Source: Promethearchaeota archaeon
Lineage (GTDB): Archaea; Asgardarchaeota; Lokiarchaeia; Sigyniarchaeales; SOKP01
Direction: 5' to 3'
DNA length: 64,000 nt
NCBI GenBank assembly: GCA_048938855.1
Contig: JBHLLT010000002.1
Span: forward strand, 288,001 to 352,000
Shown one piece after another: positions 39,043 to 49,633 of the stretch (position 1 is the stretch's first letter; every line of letters starts with the position of its first letter). The position numbers were made by a program, and so were the translations under genes. The notes below the pieces were generated by a model. That model worked only from the letters and a program-made list of their open reading frames with translations. It ran no database searches and was not told where the DNA came from.

Positions 39043-39582
39043 TTAAAAATGTTCATAATGAACAAAATCATTGAGAGGTTTTCTATCTTTTACTTCACCC
39101 TTAGGTCTAATTGGATATCCTAAAGGTGTCAAACCCATTACTTTATACTTTTTTGGGATGTTCAATATATTTTTAATTTTTTCCTCATTAAACATGCCAA
39201 TCCAACATGTTGCCAAACCCTCAGCAGCGGCAGCTAGAATTAAATGTTCGAAACAAATTCCAAAGTCAACACCATAATATTTCTCACCACTTTTGTTTGT
39301 TCCAGATCCCAATGGAGAGATTAATCCTACAATAAACATTGGTGCATCTGTGAACTTAATTTCCTGTCCAATTGCTTTCCACACAGCTGTTACATTTTCA
39401 GGCTCTTTAACAATAATATATTGTACTCCTTGCATATTTGCCCATGTTGGAGCCAACCGAGCAGCTTCCAAAATTCTTTGAACTTTCTCTTCTTCAGGCA
39501 TATCAGGTTTATATACTCTAAAGCTTCTTCTTTTTTTTACTACTTCGTAAAATTCCATACTAAACTCCAATAATTTGTGCAT
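39043..39582 (-). CDS. Nitroreductase family protein
   Basis: RRSFRVY, ARLAPTWANMQ, LAAAAEGLATCWIG, LGYP, RKPL. Confidence 0.92.
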   Translation of the reverse strand: MHKLLEFSMEFYEVVKKRRSFRVYKPDMPEEEKVQRILEAARLAPTWANMQGVQYIIVKEPENVTAVWKAIGQEIKFTDAPMFIVGLISPLGSGTNKSGEKYYGVDFGICFEHLILAAAAEGLATCWIGMFNEEKIKNILNIPKKYKVMGLTPLGYPIRPKGEVKDRKPLNDFVHYEHF

Positions 39583-39666
39583 TTTTTCTTAAACCAAATA
39601 TTGCTTGAATATTGAAATTTTCCATTTTTAAATATAAGTTATAGTAATCTTTGAGTTTAACTTAAA

Positions 39667-40446
39667 TTAATCATCTATCATTCTTTTATGCCCTTTTGGG
39701 CAAATTCCATATGTGCAATCATAAAAACCATCATCATACTCTTCTCTAGCATCATAATGCTCCCAACAATAAATTTTATCACATTCAGGGCAATAAGCAT
39801 CCAACCCTTCATATCCATGGTGTTTTTTCATAAAATTATGAACACCTAATAAATCTCTTTTAAGTAGGATTTCAAATAATTCATACGCTAATTTAATACT
39901 CATCGATCGTTCATGAGTAATCCCTCGAAAAACTAATGCTTCTTTTTCATCAAATCTTCCATAACCAATCTTAAATTCAACAGCAACTTTACCACACTCA
40001 GAACAGGGGAGATGATATTCTAAGTCAGAGATTGTGATAACTTTCTCGATTTTCTTTACAGTTTCTTTTTGAATTAATAGATTTTCAAATACATACCAAA
40101 ATGCATCCCAAGAATCCTTAAAAGCCTTTTCGATTTTAATTATAAGATCTAATGATTTGTTATTGTCGAAAATTTTAAGCTCACTTATTATTTTCGACAG
40201 TATATTTCTAGTAGCATATAAGTAATTTTTTGAACTGGCAATCTCATTTTTGCTTAATTTAACATTCGGGTTTAATATTTCTAAAGCAGTAAAAATATTA
40301 TAATAAAATTCTTTTACATCTGATATCCATAAATTTTTGGTTGTATCATCTAATTCTTTGAGATAATTAAAATAGTTAATAATTTCTTCTTTAATTTCTT
40401 TAATCTCAATAAGATGATTTCTAATATTCAATATTGGTTCTTTCAT
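39667..40446 (-). CDS. Hypothetical protein with C-terminal Cys/His metal-binding domain
   Basis: Helical N-half; CSECG, YCPECDKIYCWEH, CTYGICPKGH. Confidence 0.7.
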   Translation of the reverse strand: MKEPILNIRNHLIEIKEIKEEIINYFNYLKELDDTTKNLWISDVKEFYYNIFTALEILNPNVKLSKNEIASSKNYLYATRNILSKIISELKIFDNNKSLDLIIKIEKAFKDSWDAFWYVFENLLIQKETVKKIEKVITISDLEYHLPCSECGKVAVEFKIGYGRFDEKEALVFRGITHERSMSIKLAYELFEILLKRDLLGVHNFMKKHHGYEGLDAYCPECDKIYCWEHYDAREEYDDGFYDCTYGICPKGHKRMIDD

Positions 40447-40487
40447 AAGGATTATAATTAAATCCTTTTTATTTAACTAAGGTATTT

Positions 40488-40955
40488 TTATAGAATTTTA
40501 TTCTCATCTATACTATTAAATAATTCTGTCCCACAACGAACACAATTTTTTTCGTACCATGAAAATGGATAATTACATTTGGAGCACAGCCATCGATCTT
40601 TCTGCTTAAATAACCACTCTTGAACCCCAATTTCCTTTATTATATCTAAACTATGAATTGCGACTTTAAGATGAGCTAAGTTAGTATTTTCGAGTCTCTT
40701 TATATTCTCACAAGGAAATTCGGGACAATTATTGCAGAAATCGATATCTTTAGATTGAGCACAACTTCGAATTCGACATCCACGACAATTTTCAAATACT
40801 AATTCACTTTTACAACCATAGCACTTGATTTCCTTACCATCAAGTGGGTCAATCCAATCTTCTGGTAAACAATCATCACGGTTTTGTGTATAAGCATTCA
40901 TAATGAAACAAGCACCACAATAAAGTCCGCAATAGGCATCAAATCGAAATTTCAT
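40488..40955 (-). CDS. DUF3795-family Cys-rich protein
   Basis: AYCGLYCGAC, CYGCK, CRIRSCA, FCNNCPEFPC, CSKC...CVRCG. Confidence 0.82.
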   Translation of the reverse strand: MKFRFDAYCGLYCGACFIMNAYTQNRDDCLPEDWIDPLDGKEIKCYGCKSELVFENCRGCRIRSCAQSKDIDFCNNCPEFPCENIKRLENTNLAHLKVAIHSLDIIKEIGVQEWLFKQKDRWLCSKCNYPFSWYEKNCVRCGTELFNSIDENKIL

Positions 40956-41208
40956 TATATTTTATGTTTTATTTTTATAAAAATAAATACAAAATAATTA
41001 GATAGTCTTTTAATTAATTTATTGAGACATTTTTATTTCATAATATTTTGATTTTTTGAAATATAAAATTATAATATAAATTCCTTATTTCTTAAATTCC
41101 GAATATTATATTTACTAATGATTAATAGAACTAATTAATAAATTCAATGTATAGAATTTATTAAAATAGAACTTATTTAAATATCAAATAAATAAAACAT
41201 ATGATAAA

Positions 41209-41985
41209 ATGAACAAAAAAGAATATTTACAGGTATTTAATCTGCTAGGTTTTATTGCAACAGTGATTGTTAACTTTTTGGCTATATTATTACCAATTGG
41301 GGGGATGACTACTCAAGAATTATCTGATGCCATACCTAACTTATTTGTACCAGCGGGGATTACTTTTTCAATTTGGAGTTTAATTTATATCTTTTTAGGA
41401 ATATTTTCTGTTTATCAAATTAGAGATATAACTAAAGAAGATAAAATTGAAATGAAATTTGTCGATAATATCGGATATTTTTTCATTATTGGAAGTTTAG
41501 CTAATATAGTGTGGATATTTGTATGGCATTATCAATTAGTTCCAATATCTCTAATCTTTATGATAATTCTATTGATTTCTTTATTATTTATATATCTGAA
41601 ATTAGATATAGGGAAATCAGAAGTTCGTAGAATCGAAAAAGTTGCTGTACATGTTCCATTCAGCATATATTTAGGCTGGATAACTGTTGCAACAATAGCT
41701 AATGTTACAGCAGTTTTAGTTGTCTTCGGTGTAGAAGGTTTTGGCTTAGTAGCAGAAATTCTAACTATTCTAGTAATTGCAGTTGCTTTAATCATTACAT
41801 TTGCGATGTTATTGATAAGAAAAGATTATGCTTACAGTCTAGTTATAGTATGGGCCTTATTAGGGATCTTTATAAAACAAAGTATTGCTGATCCTGCAAT
41901 CGCTATAACTGCTTTGATTTCGGGGATTTTAATACTAGTAGGAATTGTATATATTATTATTCGAGAAAAAGTATTGCGTAAATAA
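41209..41985 (+). CDS. TspO/MBR-related tryptophan-rich membrane protein
   Basis: FVPAGITFSIWSLIY, NIVWIFVWH, FSIYLGWITVATIAN, LVIVWALLGI. Confidence 0.82.
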   Translation: MNKKEYLQVFNLLGFIATVIVNFLAILLPIGGMTTQELSDAIPNLFVPAGITFSIWSLIYIFLGIFSVYQIRDITKEDKIEMKFVDNIGYFFIIGSLANIVWIFVWHYQLVPISLIFMIILLISLLFIYLKLDIGKSEVRRIEKVAVHVPFSIYLGWITVATIANVTAVLVVFGVEGFGLVAEILTILVIAVALIITFAMLLIRKDYAYSLVIVWALLGIFIKQSIADPAIAITALISGILILVGIVYIIIREKVLRK

Positions 41986-42004
41986 TTTTTTTCTTTTCTT
42001 TTTT
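41986..42004 (+). terminator. Oligo-T tract, candidate archaeal terminator between convergent genes
   Basis: T-rich run immediately after the 41985 stop. Confidence 0.45.
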
Positions 42005-43027
42005 TTAACAATAATCAGAGACTTTGACTCTAATTTTTTCATTAATGTCATACTCTTCATCAAAAGTTTTTTCTATATTCATTTTCTTTATGTTCTGAGA
42101 TTTTTTAAGTAATAAATATGGTAAATGAAAACCATAACGATCTTTTAATTGAGAAATGATTATTCTTAAAGGAATTTTAATTATCTCCGGAACACCACTT
42201 CCTTCAGTTAAAACAGTTTTACAATGCGTTGTAATAATGGAATTAATTTCTTCTGTGCACAAAACGCTTAAGTGTTTATCTGTGAAACGTGCTAATTTAT
42301 ATCCATTAATGTCTACACACAAAATTTTATAATTAGGTATTCTGCTAAGAATAGCACTTCTTTTATCTTTATAATACTTCTTATACCCAATATAATTATA
42401 ATTAGACTTTTTATGCTCAAAGAAAGGTGCAAAATGAAGTCCGTATGGTGGATCAATTATTTTCCTTCCTAAAACATTCATATAATAGATTCGCCCCCCA
42501 TATAAAGAATGAACGCGTTTCTCCATTCCTAACACCCCTAGTCCTTCTTCATTTTGAGGATTCTTTTTATACGAAACACATGTTCCATAGCCATTAAAGA
42601 TCCATAATGTATATATATCTTTATAAGAATAGCTATGTGTTCGTTCAATTAATTTTCTTTTACTAATTTGAGAGTTTTGACATTCAATAACAACCTTCTT
42701 TCCATTTTTTAATTCGAAATATACATCTGCGATTTGATCTCCAACCCTTAATTCAATTTTTTTTGAAGAAATTTGATTAAATTTTGGAAACATCATATAC
42801 CAGTATGCTTTCATGGTTTTGTGTTCTATAGTTTCTGGTTCAAAACAATAATTCCTACCTCCTTTATGCAAAAAGCAACCCAAGTCTGAATTATAAAATA
42901 AGGGCTTTTTACAAACTGTACAAAGCCAAGTATAATTTTGAGGATCAGAAGGTAAACCATCTAATATATTGAAAACATTTCCTAACTCAAAATTAAAAGC
43001 ATGAATTATTCTCTTTTCTTTTTCCAT
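42005..43027 (-). CDS. CoiA-like PD-(D/E)XK nuclease with N-terminal Zn motif
   Basis: CTVC...FLH...C..ETIEH; E...IADV...VIECQNSQIS...ERT..Y...LWIF. Confidence 0.8.
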   Translation of the reverse strand: MEKEKRIIHAFNFELGNVFNILDGLPSDPQNYTWLCTVCKKPLFYNSDLGCFLHKGGRNYCFEPETIEHKTMKAYWYMMFPKFNQISSKKIELRVGDQIADVYFELKNGKKVVIECQNSQISKRKLIERTHSYSYKDIYTLWIFNGYGTCVSYKKNPQNEEGLGVLGMEKRVHSLYGGRIYYMNVLGRKIIDPPYGLHFAPFFEHKKSNYNYIGYKKYYKDKRSAILSRIPNYKILCVDINGYKLARFTDKHLSVLCTEEINSIITTHCKTVLTEGSGVPEIIKIPLRIIISQLKDRYGFHLPYLLLKKSQNIKKMNIEKTFDEEYDINEKIRVKVSDYC

Positions 43028-43206
43028 TTCTCATTAACAATAATTAAAATGTAAAGGATTTTTACCTAGATATCACAAATTTACTATTTAAACCTAAAAC
43101 TTATTAGTTATTCCACAAAATCTACACCCATTATAAGAAGAGTAAATATGACTAGAAATTTTTTGCACTGTAGTAGTTTAAAAATAACTTTGATTTTTTT
43201 AGTTTT

Positions 43207-43647
43207 ATGACAGAAATTCAAAAAAATCAGCTAAAAAAAATAATTTCTAATTCTTCAAAAGATAATCCATTGAAATATATCGATGGTCCTAAGGAAAAAA
43301 CGCATACCCAAAACAGTAAAATAAAAATTAATTACCAGCATGGACCCAAAATTTACAGACAAGGTGACATTTTATTCAAGAAAATAGAAAATTTCCCCAG
43401 TCAGTTAAAGCAAAAACCTGATAGAGTAGTTGCTGAAGGAGAAGAAACAGAACATGCTCATGTTCTTGTTAATGGTGCTCTATTCGAAGTATTAAATTCA
43501 GAGAAACTATATATAAAATCAGAACAAAATACGAGAATCATTCATGAGGAGCACCTACCAATCAAATTAGAATCTGGAAATTACCAAGTAATTAGACAGA
43601 GAGAATATTTAGGACCGGGATTAGAAACTCGAATTGTAAGAGACTAA
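43207..43647 (+). CDS. RQGD-motif His-rich beta protein of unknown function
   Basis: YRQGDILF, VAEGEETEHAH, IHEEHLPIKLESGNYQVIRQREY. Confidence 0.75.
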   Translation: MTEIQKNQLKKIISNSSKDNPLKYIDGPKEKTHTQNSKIKINYQHGPKIYRQGDILFKKIENFPSQLKQKPDRVVAEGEETEHAHVLVNGALFEVLNSEKLYIKSEQNTRIIHEEHLPIKLESGNYQVIRQREYLGPGLETRIVRD

Positions 43648-43674
43648 GTTTATAAAAAAGATAGGATAATTGAA

Positions 43675-43983
43675 ATGACAGATGCAGATTATTATATAAG
43701 CTTACATGAAAAAAACAAGAATTATTTAGAGAGCTTAAACTTAGATTTTGGAGCAAGAGGGTCTACTAGAATTATAGATAGAGATGGGGAGAATTTATTG
43801 GTTGAACTAACCAAGAGAGGTTCAAATACAATTACTAGTTATCGATATATAAGAGTTAAAGATTCTTCAACTGGAAAAAATATTTTTTTAAGTGTGCCTA
43901 ATAGAATAAGTTCATGTCGAGAAGCAGTCTCATGGACTTTTGGTCTTAAGCCTTCAGAATACGATTTATTATTTGAAACATAG
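43675..43983 (+). CDS. Short protein resembling the C-terminus of DUF6745-type proteins
   Basis: YIRVKDSSTG..IFLSVP....CREAVSWTFGL...EY. Confidence 0.65.
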   Translation: MTDADYYISLHEKNKNYLESLNLDFGARGSTRIIDRDGENLLVELTKRGSNTITSYRYIRVKDSSTGKNIFLSVPNRISSCREAVSWTFGLKPSEYDLLFET

Positions 43984-44028
43984 TTCTTTTATAATTTTTT
44001 TAATTTTTTTGGAAGTTTTTAAACGATC

Positions 44029-45759
44029 ATGGTTGAAACAGCTTCTATTGTTGATTATTTTTACCAAAATGGTTATATAGATAACAAAAATTCATCTAAT
44101 TATGTTGAACTATTTCATGATCTTGTTATCCAATTGATTAATGAGGAGAAATACGAAGAATTAGTAGATTTATGTTATGATGTGTTTTCTTTTGATCCTA
44201 ATATAAAACTCATTCAAAAATTAATTTATACTTTAGTAAATCTTGAAGCAAACAAGAGTGTTGTTGATTTATGTGAACTATATATTAAAAATAAAAAAGA
44301 CGATGAAATATTCTATGATGCTATCAATGAATTTTTAAAATATGATAATTTTCTGGGAGCAATTGATTTATGCCGGATGTATATAAGAGTTAATCCAAAG
44401 GGCAATCTAGGATTTATTCGTACTATGATCTTGGCTTCACTTAAAAAAAATATTAAATACCCTAATGTTTTTGAATTGATTGAAGAACTCTTAGAACTGA
44501 ACCATGGAATCAACTTTATATATAATTTAATTTATTCGATGTTAGAGGTACAGAATTACGATACAATAATTAATATTATTAAGTTAGTTTTGAAATCTAA
44601 CTCTGAAGAAAAGCTTTCTTTATTGCATATTGTAAATATTCTATTTGAAAATGGAAAACATGGAAGCGCTTGGGAGCTGTGTAAGAAATTTCTGATATTA
44701 TATCCTTCTTCTGTAGATGTATTAACTTTATATGGGAGAATCCTTACAAAAAGAGGGGAATTTCAACAATCACAAATTCTCTTTAATTCAATATTAGAGC
44801 AAATTCCATCTTCTAAACCAAGATTAAAAAGCAGAATGCTTAATTTTATAGGTTGGAATTATATCCAACAAGGAGATTGGAAAAAAGCTACTAATCATTG
44901 TATCAAATCCACGAAGTTAAACCCACAATATCCAGAATCTCTAAATAATCTAGGTCTTATTTACTATAAAAAAGGTTATGTTGAAAAAGGAATAAAACTC
45001 GTTAAGAGAGCATTAAAATTAAACCCGAATCTATGTCAAACATGGGTTAATCTAGGAAAAATCAATCTTGAATTAAGAAATTATTATGATGCTTTTACAG
45101 CAAGTTACAATTGCCTTTCTATTAATAATCAAAATCAAGAAGGGATTTCACTATATAAAAACCTGTCAAATAATCCAGATATAAAAATACTTAGTTTTCT
45201 TATACCAAAATTGATAAAATTGGGGTATAGGTGTGTATTTGATTATTTGAATGAAACAATATTCCCACATAAATTGCTAAAAAATAATAGATATATAGTT
45301 TATTCCAGAGAATTCTTAAATTTCTTGAAAAAAGTAAGATTAGCACAGATGTACTTAAACGATTTTGTTGCTATTTATTGTTGGCTTCCAAAGTGCGAAA
45401 AGTGTGAAAGCTTGTTGAAAATTTATGGCGAAAGAATTAATTATAAAGATGGTTCTAAAACAAAAATGTATCGTTGTGAGAATTGCGGAAAAGAAAAAAG
45501 AAGTGTTGAACAGTTAGATAATGAAAACATACCTTACTTAAAATTACGAGTTATTTTACACTCTCCTTTACAAATCCCTAATAAAAGTACCCAATTCTAT
45601 TCTAAATTAGACTATGAAAGCATTTTTATAACCTATTCCAACTTAGATGTAATTCAGAACATTTCAAACTCCAAAACTGCAGAACTAATTGATAATTTAA
45701 AAAATGCAGTACGAATATATGGGGAAGACATTCAAAAAAGACTTTTAGAAATCTCTTAA
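44029..45759 (+). CDS. Tetratricopeptide-repeat protein with C-terminal zinc ribbon
   Basis: TPR units (SLNNLGLIYYKKG...ALKLNP, TWVNLG); CEKC...CENCG. Confidence 0.8.
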   Translation: MVETASIVDYFYQNGYIDNKNSSNYVELFHDLVIQLINEEKYEELVDLCYDVFSFDPNIKLIQKLIYTLVNLEANKSVVDLCELYIKNKKDDEIFYDAINEFLKYDNFLGAIDLCRMYIRVNPKGNLGFIRTMILASLKKNIKYPNVFELIEELLELNHGINFIYNLIYSMLEVQNYDTIINIIKLVLKSNSEEKLSLLHIVNILFENGKHGSAWELCKKFLILYPSSVDVLTLYGRILTKRGEFQQSQILFNSILEQIPSSKPRLKSRMLNFIGWNYIQQGDWKKATNHCIKSTKLNPQYPESLNNLGLIYYKKGYVEKGIKLVKRALKLNPNLCQTWVNLGKINLELRNYYDAFTASYNCLSINNQNQEGISLYKNLSNNPDIKILSFLIPKLIKLGYRCVFDYLNETIFPHKLLKNNRYIVYSREFLNFLKKVRLAQMYLNDFVAIYCWLPKCEKCESLLKIYGERINYKDGSKTKMYRCENCGKEKRSVEQLDNENIPYLKLRVILHSPLQIPNKSTQFYSKLDYESIFITYSNLDVIQNISNSKTAELIDNLKNAVRIYGEDIQKRLLEIS

Positions 45760-45864
45760 AATATTAAAAATATTCACTCTGTCCGATTTAATAATCAAAG
45801 ATTATATCATATTGTATTGTAGTACTTAAATCCATTCTACTAATATAGTTAAAACAAATCTATC

Positions 45865-47793
45865 TTGATTAATATGGTAACTAGCCTCTCGTATATGGAT
45901 TTTTTTCCATACCATTCATATCGTCCAGAACAACAGGAAATTATTCGCGAAATAGAATTAGGTGTTCGATTAAAAAAAAATATATTATTAGTTGCCCCTA
46001 GTGGAGCAGGAAAGACTGTCACTGCTCTAAGTGCAATTCTCCCTCAAGCCTATGAAAATGAATTAAAGATTATTTATTTATGTAGGACTCATACTCAATC
46101 TGATAGAGTTATTAATGAATTAAAAAAAATTCATTCCTCAAAATTAAAAATAATAGGGTTGTCTTTAAGAGGAAGAAGTGAAATGTGTTTAAATTCTTCC
46201 CTGTTTATTTCAAAACTCACACCTATGGATGCAATGTTGACATGTTCAGATTTAAGAATTAGTGAATCGTGTAAATATTTTAATAAATTCCATAATAGTA
46301 AAAATCCTGAAGATATTTCCCATTTTACAAGTCCACGAGATGCCCAAGAACTAATTGAATATTGTAAGGAAAAAGAATATTGTCCTTATTATTTTTGTAA
46401 ATATATTTTGAATAAAGCTCTAATCATTGTTTGTAACTTCCAATGGATGTTTAATCCCAGTATTCGCTTCCAAATTTTAAATTTATTAGCAACTTCTTTG
46501 GAGGACTGCATAGTAGTCATAGACGAATGCCACAATGTTGCAGATATGGCAACTAAAGTCAAATCTCATAGATTAACACTATCCTTTCTTGAGTCATGCT
46601 TTCAAGACCTAAAGAAAAGCGTACTTCCTCCTCAGTATTCCCAGGTTGTATACTTCTTGATAAATCTCCTCAAAAATAAATGCAATAGATATACAAATAC
46701 AATTAGTATTAAACTAGATCCATTCAAGTTATTTACCAAAATGTCTCAATCTTTAGAGATGAATATAGCTAACGAGTTTGAGAAATTAGATTTTTATTTT
46801 CAAAATCTACCGATAAAAACTCGAATCGAATTAAATAGAGTGCGGATATTAGCAAGGTTTTGGCAAAACTGGATTGAAAAATGCAAATCTGATAGATATT
46901 TCTTCTGTTACCATATAATTCGAAAAAGTAATGAAAAAGCAATTTCTTTAGAAGTAGTAGCATTGGAACCACGTGAAGTTACAATACCTCTCTTTAGGCA
47001 CACCCATGCCTGTATTAATCTTACTGGAACGGTTAATCCTTATATCTTTAAAACTTTAACTGGTTTAGATAGAAAGTATTCTGGATATAAAGAAATAATC
47101 GCTAATTCTCCCTTTCATAGTAAAAACATCAAAGCTTTAATAACTGAGGGAGTAAGTACTAAATTGAAAAAAAGAACACCAATGATGTACAATAAAATGA
47201 TTCAAAAAATCGAAGAAGTTATTGATGGTACTCCCGCTAATGTCGCTATATTCTGCGCGTCATACGAAATTCTTAAAGATTTAATCTTAAACGGTCTTGA
47301 AGAAACTGTTAGAATTTATGGAAAAAAACTCTTCATTGAAGAATCAGAAATGTCAGGATCTATGAACGCCACACTGATAAAGAAATATAAAAATTTTGGC
47401 AAATCCGGGAATGGTGCGGTATTACTTGGTGTATGTGGTGGTAGGAACTCAGAAGGGGAAGATTTCCCCGGCAATGATATGAATTCTGTAATAATAGCTG
47501 GTATCCCATACCATCTCATTACTCCCCAAGCAGAAGCTCGGATAAACTATTATAATAAAGCCTTCTTTGGTCAAGGATGGCTTCTAGGATATTTATACCC
47601 CGCTATGCAACGAGCAAACCAAGCAGCAGGAAGACCAATACGAAAAGAAAAAGACAAAGGCGCTATAATCTTTTTAGATTCTAGGTTTAAAACCAAAAAA
47701 AAATGGATTTCAGATTGGATAAGAAAGGAAATTGAAGTAGTACCAGATGAAATTAATGGTATTACTCGGCGATTAAAAGGATTTTGGCTATAA
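45865..47793 (+). CDS. XPD/Rad3/DinG-family Fe-S 5'-3' DNA helicase
   Basis: Q-motif YRPEQ, APSGAGKT, RTHTQ, four Fe-S Cys (MCLN, TCSD, SCKY, YCPYY), DECH, SEGEDF, QAAGRPIR, LDSRF. Confidence 0.92.
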   Translation: MINMVTSLSYMDFFPYHSYRPEQQEIIREIELGVRLKKNILLVAPSGAGKTVTALSAILPQAYENELKIIYLCRTHTQSDRVINELKKIHSSKLKIIGLSLRGRSEMCLNSSLFISKLTPMDAMLTCSDLRISESCKYFNKFHNSKNPEDISHFTSPRDAQELIEYCKEKEYCPYYFCKYILNKALIIVCNFQWMFNPSIRFQILNLLATSLEDCIVVIDECHNVADMATKVKSHRLTLSFLESCFQDLKKSVLPPQYSQVVYFLINLLKNKCNRYTNTISIKLDPFKLFTKMSQSLEMNIANEFEKLDFYFQNLPIKTRIELNRVRILARFWQNWIEKCKSDRYFFCYHIIRKSNEKAISLEVVALEPREVTIPLFRHTHACINLTGTVNPYIFKTLTGLDRKYSGYKEIIANSPFHSKNIKALITEGVSTKLKKRTPMMYNKMIQKIEEVIDGTPANVAIFCASYEILKDLILNGLEETVRIYGKKLFIEESEMSGSMNATLIKKYKNFGKSGNGAVLLGVCGGRNSEGEDFPGNDMNSVIIAGIPYHLITPQAEARINYYNKAFFGQGWLLGYLYPAMQRANQAAGRPIRKEKDKGAIIFLDSRFKTKKKWISDWIRKEIEVVPDEINGITRRLKGFWL

Positions 47794-47944
47794 ACACCCT
47801 CCAATAGAGAATTCTCTTTTAAAGTATCATTATTTGGAAAAAGTCTATTCATTTGCTTTAAAAGATTAATTTAATAAATAAAATTTATTATAAAAGACAA
47901 TTCAAATAATATTATAATACGAGATTCTTTAGGTGCTATAAATT

Positions 47945-48169
47945 ATGAAAAAAAGAAATATTGGATTTATTTTGTTTGGCGTAGCAGGTGTTAATCTTAT
48001 CACACTCGCAATATCCCTACTAGTCTTTCCGAGATTATATACTCAACTGGGAATGCCCTTAGCAGCGGTTAGAATTGCAATGGCCACAATTCTAATAACT
48101 AGTCTAGTAGTAATATCTGTCTTAGTATGTGCTGGAATTATCGTACTTATAAAATTTTGGAATAGGTAA
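47945..48169 (+). CDS. Two-TM small membrane protein
   Basis: Two hydrophobic helices; 12 bp upstream of the GGR-family gene. Confidence 0.6.
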   Translation: MKKRNIGFILFGVAGVNLITLAISLLVFPRLYTQLGMPLAAVRIAMATILITSLVVISVLVCAGIIVLIKFWNR

Positions 48170-48181
48170 TTATTTTTAGTC

Positions 48182-49351
48182 ATGTATGATGTCATAATTA
48201 GTGGTGCTGGCCCCTCAGGTTCTCAATGTGCTAAAGTAATCGCTGAGGCAGGATATAAGGTTGCTTTGGTTGAAAAAGATGTGAACTGGAGGAAACCATG
48301 TGGAGGTGCTGTTCATTCTAGTGTTATAGATGTATATCCTCAGTTGAAAAAACTTATTAGCTCTAAAATACGGGGAGTTGTAATATATTCAGCAGATTAT
48401 CATAAGCTTGAATTTAAAGGAGTAAGTAGTGAGTATTCTGTAATTATGGATAGAATAGAACTTGATAACATAATGAGAGATAGTGCTGTTGATGCTGGAG
48501 CTGAACTTTTTGATAACCATATATCATTTGATTATCTCATGAAAAATCAAAAAAAAATTGGAATAAAAACAAAAATAAAAACTAACACTGAAGAGTTTCA
48601 TGGAAATATTATCATAGTAGCGGATGGTATGAGTTCTAAATTAGCTGTAAAATCAGGAATAAGGTCAAAATGGAATGTTAATGAACTGGCTATTGGAAAA
48701 TGTTCAATTATGGAGGGAAATCATGGATTAGATCCGGAAAGTGTTTATATCTACTTTAAACCTTTTCAAGGGTATGCTTGGATATTTCCAATAAACAATA
48801 AAAGATACAATATTGGTATTTTTACATTTGGTATAGATAATTCAAAATATAATATACATAAAATATACCACGAGTTTGTAAATAATTTAAATGTTAAACA
48901 ATATGTTTCCAAATCAAATAATAAAACCATATGGTCAAGTTCATATTCATTTCCCGCAGAAGGAGTATTGGAAAAAAGCCTTTATGATGATAATTTAATG
49001 CTTATAGGCGATGCTGGAGGATTTGTTTCTCCTATAAGTGGTGAAGGAATTCAAACTGCCGTCCTCTCTGGCAAAATTGCAGCAGAAACTGCTATAAAAT
49101 CTTTGCAAGATGAAGATTATTCACGAACATGTCTTAAAACGTATAGAACTAACCGAGAAATAAAAACAATTATTAGGAATTTCAAACAAAAATCTTCGAT
49201 GATCCATTTCTTCTATGAGAATGAAGGCAAAAATCTAAATAAAATGCTTGGATTGGCTGAGATAGATCCAGTATTTAGGGAACAAGTAGTAAACATGTTT
49301 GCTTTTGGAGAAATGCCTTCAAAAGATTTTATTTCAAAAATTAATGAATAA
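48182..49351 (+). CDS. Geranylgeranyl reductase family flavoprotein
   Basis: GAGPSG, KPCGG, VADG, GYAWIFP, GDAGGFVSPISGEGI. Confidence 0.9.
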   Translation: MYDVIISGAGPSGSQCAKVIAEAGYKVALVEKDVNWRKPCGGAVHSSVIDVYPQLKKLISSKIRGVVIYSADYHKLEFKGVSSEYSVIMDRIELDNIMRDSAVDAGAELFDNHISFDYLMKNQKKIGIKTKIKTNTEEFHGNIIIVADGMSSKLAVKSGIRSKWNVNELAIGKCSIMEGNHGLDPESVYIYFKPFQGYAWIFPINNKRYNIGIFTFGIDNSKYNIHKIYHEFVNNLNVKQYVSKSNNKTIWSSSYSFPAEGVLEKSLYDDNLMLIGDAGGFVSPISGEGIQTAVLSGKIAAETAIKSLQDEDYSRTCLKTYRTNREIKTIIRNFKQKSSMIHFFYENEGKNLNKMLGLAEIDPVFREQVVNMFAFGEMPSKDFISKINE

Positions 49352-49633
49352 ATTTCTATTATCAATTACTTTTGATAGATATGACATCCTTGGAGTATTT
49401 TATAAATAATATTTAAGAAAAAAATAATTTAGCTTCCAATAGAGCTATGTTTTAACTTTTCACCTTTCAAATATGGTTTTATTTATAATTTATTTATAAA
49501 CAAATAGTAATATTTATTTTAAAAAAAAATTCTATTCTTTGTTAATTTATCACTCCTCTCCCTCTGTACTCCTTTATTTCGTAAAAACACAACCTTTAAA
49601 TATGTCAGTTAATACTTATATAATAACGTATTG

